Shown here piece by piece: positions 36,531 to 40,984 of a DNA stretch of 40,984 nucleotides. The DNA is from Verrucomicrobiia bacterium (GTDB lineage Bacteria > Verrucomicrobiota > Verrucomicrobiia > Limisphaerales > UBA11358), in contig JBGPDH010000003.1 in the NCBI GenBank assembly GCA_041482195.1, forward strand, positions 1-40,984, written 5' to 3'. The notes beneath the pieces were generated by a model that worked only from the letters and a program-made list of their open reading frames with translations, was not told the origin of the DNA and did not search any database. Position numbers and translations under genes: made by a program. The first letter of the stretch is position 1, and every line of letters starts with the position of its first letter.

Positions 36531-38633
36531 TTATTGTTGCACGCCCACCCGGTAGAACCGGGAATTGCCGGGAAGAACAGTGGTGTCACTCAGGGTGTTG
36601 GTGGGCGCGGTGGCGGCGATGTTCGAACTGACGACGGAATTGAAACCGGCCGGCAGGTTGGTGGAACGGATCAGCCAATAATTCCTGCCCGCAACACTCG
36701 GCCAGCTCACCACAATATTGTTGGCGTTGGTGGCTGATACCAGTCTTAACCGGAAAACCGATGCGGCGTTGGTCGGGTTCGTTCCCGCTATCCATTCCGC
36801 CAGATTGTTCATGCCGTCATGATCGGGATCGGCATTGGGATCGGACCCGGTCAGGTGCCCAAAATACTGGAGCTCCCACCAATCCGGCAGAGTGTTGGCG
36901 TCGGTATCCACGATGCGTTGCAGATTCAGCCGCCGGCTGTTATGAACCAGACCCTGCAGGTCTCCGATAATATCGCCATTGGTGAGCACGCGTTGAACCC
37001 GCTGGGTCACAGTTTCGGAGGGAAAATCCATCGCGGCAAACGCGACAGCGCCGGCCACATGCGGCGTCGCCATCGAGGTACCGTCCAGGTATTGATAAAG
37101 CCCGTGGAGAACCGCGGCGGAGGCATTAGTTTGCAGCGCCAGTCCGTCGGCCTGGGAAAGTGAAACGGCGGGAATCCAGTTGTTTGGGCCGCCCAAAGTC
37201 CCGAAGAAATTACCCGCAGTATTGTTGTAGATGATCACCGCACGGGCGCCAGCCGCCATGGCGTTGAGGACCTTATCGGAAAAATTGAGCGAGCCACGCT
37301 GAATCAAGGCAATGTTATTGTTGACTGCTGCCGGAAAATCCGTCGGATTTCCCAGTCCGCAATAATAGACCGTAGCGGTGAGACCGGTGGTAATGCCCGC
37401 ATAGGTCAGCTCGTTGGCTTGATAGATAGTGGCGCCCTGTGAAACCTGGGCAAAAACTATGCCCGGAGGCGGATTCATACTCTCCGGCGAGACCGCAGGC
37501 GCGATGGGCAGCAACGACAGGATGTTTTCTCCCGGCGCACCCACGTCCACCGTGTTGGTTCCGAAGTTTGAAAAAAAGGACAGGGCATCGTTCTGGTCGG
37601 TGGCCGCCACGACGATCATGTTACCCAGCCGGTAATCGGCCGGATACGTGAGGGTGGTGTCATTGTCACTGCTGTCATTTCCTGCGGCGACACAGAAGAT
37701 AATGCCGGCGCTGCCGGCGGTTACCATTGCCGCGCGTTCGGCGCTGTTCGACCCGCCGCCACCGAAGGATTCATTGATGGCGACCACGTTCACCCCCCGG
37801 CCTTTCATCATGGTTGCGTACTGGATGGCCGAAATGATGGCGGAATCCGGCAGTGTTTCCCCATCGTTGGATGCCCGGAGGGACATGATTCTGGCCTGAT
37901 AATCCACACCAATCACGCCAATCAGGTTGTTGCCGACAGCGGCAATGGTTCCGGCCACGTGCGTTCCGTGAAACCCGGAATCAATCGGGTCGGGCAGGTT
38001 GTCTGCGAAATCGTAGCCGTAATAATCATCCACGTACCCGTCCGAGTCGTCGTCATTTCCGTTGTTGGGAATTTCGCCGTTGTTGATCCAGATGTTACTG
38101 GCCAGGTCCGGGTGCCGGTAATCGACACCGCTATCAATGACCGCCACCACTGGCCGATTGGTGCCCGGCGGCTGGGTCAGCGACCAGGCTGGAACAAAAC
38201 GGATATCGGCTCCCGCTGTGCCGGTGATGCCATTGGGCGACTGGCCGGTGTTTTGCAAAGCCCAGAGGTTGGTGAACAGCAAGTCGTTGGGCGGGGTGAG
38301 GCTGACCCGGCGCAGGTAATTCGGCTCGGCGGTTTCCACCGCCGGGTCCCGGCTTAACTCGGCAATCAGTTGCGCCGTCGTCCGGTCATGAGCGCGCACC
38401 AGACCTGTTTGTTTTCCCCAAAGCCGGGAAAAGCCGGCAAAGTTTCTCTGCCACGCCAGCGAGTGCCCGGCCAGCGCTTGTTGGGCACCGGCCAGACTGA
38501 CCGACGACTTGAACGTGACGATAGCGTCGCCTTCGACGTATTCGACGGCCGGATGCTTAGGGCCTGCCCATGCGGCGACCGTCAGACTCAATAGCAGGCA
38601 GGAGATGGACACACCCTGGGGAAAATTTTTCAT
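36531..38633 (-). CDS. Secreted S8 (subtilisin-like) serine peptidase with a PA domain and acidic Ca-binding-like repeats
   Basis: Signal peptide; catalytic triad in VIDSG, HGTHVAG and GTSMATP; PA insert (IALIQRG..F..KV.NA..AGA); DxDxD repeats near the C-terminus. Confidence 0.93.
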   Translation of the reverse strand: MKNFPQGVSISCLLLSLTVAAWAGPKHPAVEYVEGDAIVTFKSSVSLAGAQQALAGHSLAWQRNFAGFSRLWGKQTGLVRAHDRTTAQLIAELSRDPAVETAEPNYLRRVSLTPPNDLLFTNLWALQNTGQSPNGITGTAGADIRFVPAWSLTQPPGTNRPVVAVIDSGVDYRHPDLASNIWINNGEIPNNGNDDDSDGYVDDYYGYDFADNLPDPIDSGFHGTHVAGTIAAVGNNLIGVIGVDYQARIMSLRASNDGETLPDSAIISAIQYATMMKGRGVNVVAINESFGGGGSNSAERAAMVTAGSAGIIFCVAAGNDSSDNDTTLTYPADYRLGNMIVVAATDQNDALSFFSNFGTNTVDVGAPGENILSLLPIAPAVSPESMNPPPGIVFAQVSQGATIYQANELTYAGITTGLTATVYYCGLGNPTDFPAAVNNNIALIQRGSLNFSDKVLNAMAAGARAVIIYNNTAGNFFGTLGGPNNWIPAVSLSQADGLALQTNASAAVLHGLYQYLDGTSMATPHVAGAVAFAAMDFPSETVTQRVQRVLTNGDIIGDLQGLVHNSRRLNLQRIVDTDANTLPDWWELQYFGHLTGSDPNADPDHDGMNNLAEWIAGTNPTNAASVFRLRLVSATNANNIVVSWPSVAGRNYWLIRSTNLPAGFNSVVSSNIAATAPTNTLSDTTVLPGNSRFYRVGVQQ

Positions 38634-38738
38634 CAAAGACTAAATAGTTATGCTTAACATAGCATCTTGGATGCCGAATCACCGATGCATTAACCATAAG
38701 AAGGTGACAGCCTTCAATTTGTTCCGGTTCAATTTCGA

Positions 38739-38936
38739 TCATTCGCCATCCCGCTGAAAAATCTCCTCGATGGACATTTTAAACAACCGCGCCACTTTAA
38801 ACGCCAGCGGCAGACTGTGATCGTACTTCTCCGTTTCGATGGCGTTAACGGTTTGACGCGAAACGCCGAGCCTGTCGGCCAGATCGGACTGCGACCATTC
38901 CTTTGCCGCACGCAGTCCGCGCAATTTGTTTTTCAT
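38739..38936 (-). CDS. XRE/Cro-family HTH transcriptional regulator
   Basis: MKNKLRGLRAAKEWSQSDLADRLGVSRQTVNAIETEKY. ATG 38936 overlaps the upstream stop (ATGA). Confidence 0.92.
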   Translation of the reverse strand: MKNKLRGLRAAKEWSQSDLADRLGVSRQTVNAIETEKYDHSLPLAFKVARLFKMSIEEIFQRDGE

Positions 38937-39415
38937 TTGTAGTGGCGGTTGAATAAAGAGTAGCCGAGACCGGAAAAGAGATAAGTCAGGCAGATCGTGA
39001 AAGTGCAATTGTAAAATGGTATCCGCTCGAGATGCCAACGGGTCAGGTTCAGAATGGAGAAAACGTCGGCCCGAATCAAAAGCGGCCAGCCGGCATTAAA
39101 AACAAGATATAAGGTCGTGCCGAACAGGAACGCTCCCAGGGTGACACGACGGTGCAATTCGTCCATGCCGCGAATCCATTGCGCCATGCCGCGCACATAG
39201 AGCAGGCTGGCCGCCAGCGGGAGCAGCGCGATCAGCAACCGTAAACCGGGCGGCCAGCCCGGATGATGCTTGATCAGCCAATCGCCAGGGATGTCGGTCA
39301 GATACACGACAAACATCCAGGCCGCGCCTCCCTTGTACAACGACCCGCGCCACGAACCCCAAAGGTTTAGCTTTCCGAACCCGATTTCCTCCGGAAGGTT
39401 TGGTTTGTTATTCAT
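38933..39415 (-). CDS. Four-TM membrane protein (paralogue B)
   Basis: Hydrophobic helices and a GMDELHRR motif; similar to 39422-39889. Confidence 0.8.
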   Translation of the reverse strand: MNNKPNLPEEIGFGKLNLWGSWRGSLYKGGAAWMFVVYLTDIPGDWLIKHHPGWPPGLRLLIALLPLAASLLYVRGMAQWIRGMDELHRRVTLGAFLFGTTLYLVFNAGWPLLIRADVFSILNLTRWHLERIPFYNCTFTICLTYLFSGLGYSLFNRHYK

Positions 39416-39421
39416 ATTATT

Positions 39422-39889
39422 TCATTTGTAACGGCGGTTGAGTTTGGTGTAGCCGACAAAGTAAAACGCCAGCACCAGCGAAATCGGGAAACTGGCGGTG
39501 TGGAAATGCGAACCCAGGTGCAACCGGACTGGCAAGAAATCGGCCTGGAAGAAACCTGCCTGGTCCAGCAGATGCCAGGCGGTTACCACAAAAAGGGTCA
39601 CCACCGTCGCAAAGAGACACGCTGCGAGCGTCATCCGCCGATGCATTTCGTCCATCCCACGCACCCAACCCACGAAGCTCCGTACCCAAAGCAGGCTGAC
39701 GAGTAATGGGACCAGCGCGATAATCACTCGCGGAATGGGACCCCAATCGTTGTGTCGGGTGAGCCCTATATCGCCCGCTAATGATAACAACATGGCCACA
39801 AAGGCCCACGTATTCGCCTTCAGGTTCGCCCGCAGGGAATAATCCGGGCCGAACATGATTTCCTCCGGAAGGTTGGGTTTAATATTCAT
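39422..39889 (-). CDS. Four-TM membrane protein (paralogue A)
   Basis: MNIKPNLPEEI.., GMDEMHRR, ..NRRYK. ATG 39889 lies just downstream of the promoter. Confidence 0.8.
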   Translation of the reverse strand: MNIKPNLPEEIMFGPDYSLRANLKANTWAFVAMLLSLAGDIGLTRHNDWGPIPRVIIALVPLLVSLLWVRSFVGWVRGMDEMHRRMTLAACLFATVVTLFVVTAWHLLDQAGFFQADFLPVRLHLGSHFHTASFPISLVLAFYFVGYTKLNRRYK

Positions 39890-39898
39890 AGCGCAGGC

Positions 39899-39939
39899 AG
39901 TGTAAAGCAAACTTTACATTATGTCAAGCATTCTTTACA
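39899..39939 (-). promoter_or_regulatory. Sigma70 promoter with tandem palindromic operators
   Basis: Minus strand TTGACA (39927-39922)-N17-TACACT (39904-39899). Operators TGTAAAG-N4-CTTTACA (39901-39918) and TGTCAAG-N4-CTTTACA (39922-39939). Confidence 0.85.
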
Positions 39940-39986
39940 AAATAATTTCAGCGATTTTTCAGCCTTTCCAGGCTGGAGTTTTGGTT

Positions 39987-40016
39987 GGCGGCGCGATAGG
40001 GGCATCGCGCCCTACC
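39987..40016 (-). repeat. GTAG-type REP-like palindrome
   Basis: Minus strand GGTAGGGCGCGATGCCCCTATCGCGCC: GTAG followed by a GC-rich hairpin. Confidence 0.55.
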
Positions 40017-40020
40017 TCAT

Positions 40021-40053
40021 AAAAAAACGAGGCTGGAATAGCTTCCAGCCTCG
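40021..40053 (-). terminator. Intrinsic terminator of groEL
   Basis: CGAGGCTGGAA-N4-TTCCAGCCTCG 11-bp stem followed by T7 on the minus strand. Confidence 0.85.
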
Positions 40054-40067
40054 CTCTGATTTTTATC

Positions 40068-40117
40068 GGTAGTGTCGCGCTGCTGCGCGACCGGACGACC
40101 GGGAGGGCGTTCCTACC
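40068..40117. repeat. Inverted pair of GTAG-type REP-like palindromes
   Basis: GGTAG-T-GTCGCGC-TGCT-GCGCGAC...GGACG..CGTTC-CTACC, directly after the groEL stop. Confidence 0.55.
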
Positions 40118-40984
40118 TTAGTAATCCATTCCGCCCATGCCGCCACCACCCGACGCCGGAGCGGGTTTTTCCTTTTCCGGAATTTCCGTGATCAGGCACT
40201 CGGTCGTAAGCAGCAACCCGGCAATCGAAGCCGCGTTTTGCAGCGCGGTGCGGGTGACCTTCTTCGGGTCCACAATACCGGCCTTCACGAGGTCTTCGTA
40301 CTCGTTGGTGGCCACGTTGTAACCTTCGTTGCCCTTGCGCTTCTTGACTTCCTCGACGATGACGGAGCCTTCCACGCCCGCGTTGTCCGCAAGCGAACGG
40401 AGCGGCGATTCGATGGCGCGTTTCACGATGTCCACGCCGATCTTTTCGTCTTCGTTCGCGCCCTTGACCGTTTCAATGGCGCTCATGCAGCGCAGCAACG
40501 CTACACCGCCGCCGGCCACAATGCCTTCCTCAACCGCCGCGCGGGTCGCGTGCAGCGCGTCTTCCACACGGGCTTTCTTTTCCTTCATTTCGGTCTCGGT
40601 CGCGGCACCGACATTGATGACGGCTACGCCGCCGGCAAGTTTCGCCAGGCGTTCCTGCAATTTTTCACGGTCGTAATCGCTCGTCGTCTCCTCGATCTGC
40701 CGGCGGATTTGATTCACGCGGCCCTGGATGTCGGACGACTTGCCGCCGCCTTCGACGATGGTGGTGTTTTCCTTGTCCACGACGATGCTCTTGGCGCGAC
40801 CGAGGTCGGCCAATTCAATGCTCTCGAGTTTGATGCCGAGGTCTTCGCTGATGAATTTGCCGCCGGTGAGGACCGCGATGTCTTCGCACAGCGCCTTGCG
40901 GCGATCACCGAAGCCGGGGGCTTTGACGGCGCACACATTGATCGTGCCACGAAGTTTGTTCACCACCAGAGTGGCGAGGGCTTC
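40118..40984 (-). CDS. groL: Chaperonin GroEL (5' end outside the window)
   Basis: [29 protein letters not shown] and a GGMGGMDY tail; the frame stays open to the window edge. Confidence 0.98.
   Translation of the reverse strand, partial: EALATLVVNKLRGTINVCAVKAPGFGDRRKALCEDIAVLTGGKFISEDLGIKLESIELADLGRAKSIVVDKENTTIVEGGGKSSDIQGRVNQIRRQIEETTSDYDREKLQERLAKLAGGVAVINVGAATETEMKEKKARVEDALHATRAAVEEGIVAGGGVALLRCMSAIETVKGANEDEKIGVDIVKRAIESPLRSLADNAGVEGSVIVEEVKKRKGNEGYNVATNEYEDLVKAGIVDPKKVTRTALQNAASIAGLLLTTECLITEIPEKEKPAPASGGGGMGGMDY

Noticed and set aside
1-40984. CRISPR array, transposase, prophage or defence genes
   Set aside because: No repeat-spacer periodicity or matching protein motifs were found by eye; the short arrays have no spacers.

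Overview
A GC-rich bacterial chromosomal segment made mostly of core genes, with gene content and protein features suggesting Verrucomicrobiota (Pedosphaerales/Limisphaerales-like; inference). It holds partial thrS, a surface-repeat protein, an MFS transporter and NUDIX hydrolase, a TetR-EmrAB-type efflux unit, a 2-oxoacid:ferredoxin oxidoreductase alpha/beta pair, tRNA-Leu(TAG), a TPR-LysM lipoprotein, a PAS kinase/NtrC-family pair, a GT-C-like membrane protein, tsaC/Sua5, a MacAB-type efflux unit, trpD, a Sel1-repeat protein, proC, a HAD phosphatase, prfA, rpmE, tRNA-Gln(TTG), mnmG, pgi, a GAF-GAF kinase, an LptF/G permease, tmRNA, a subtilase, an XRE regulator with two duplicated membrane proteins, and partial groEL. 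I saw no integrase, transposase, prophage, CRISPR or defence system. The most notable signals lie inside or between these genes: (1) a perfect parS palindrome encoded within an mnmG insertion loop, inside an AT-rich stretch of otherwise core genes; (2) a 77-codon AT-rich in-frame insertion in the ThrRS catalytic domain; (3) four paired inverted arrays of 7-8-nt repeats, each with a different unit, one of them inside the tsaC reading frame; (4) REP-like elements after tmRNA and groEL; (5) a tandem duplication that left a two-codon ORF at the junction.
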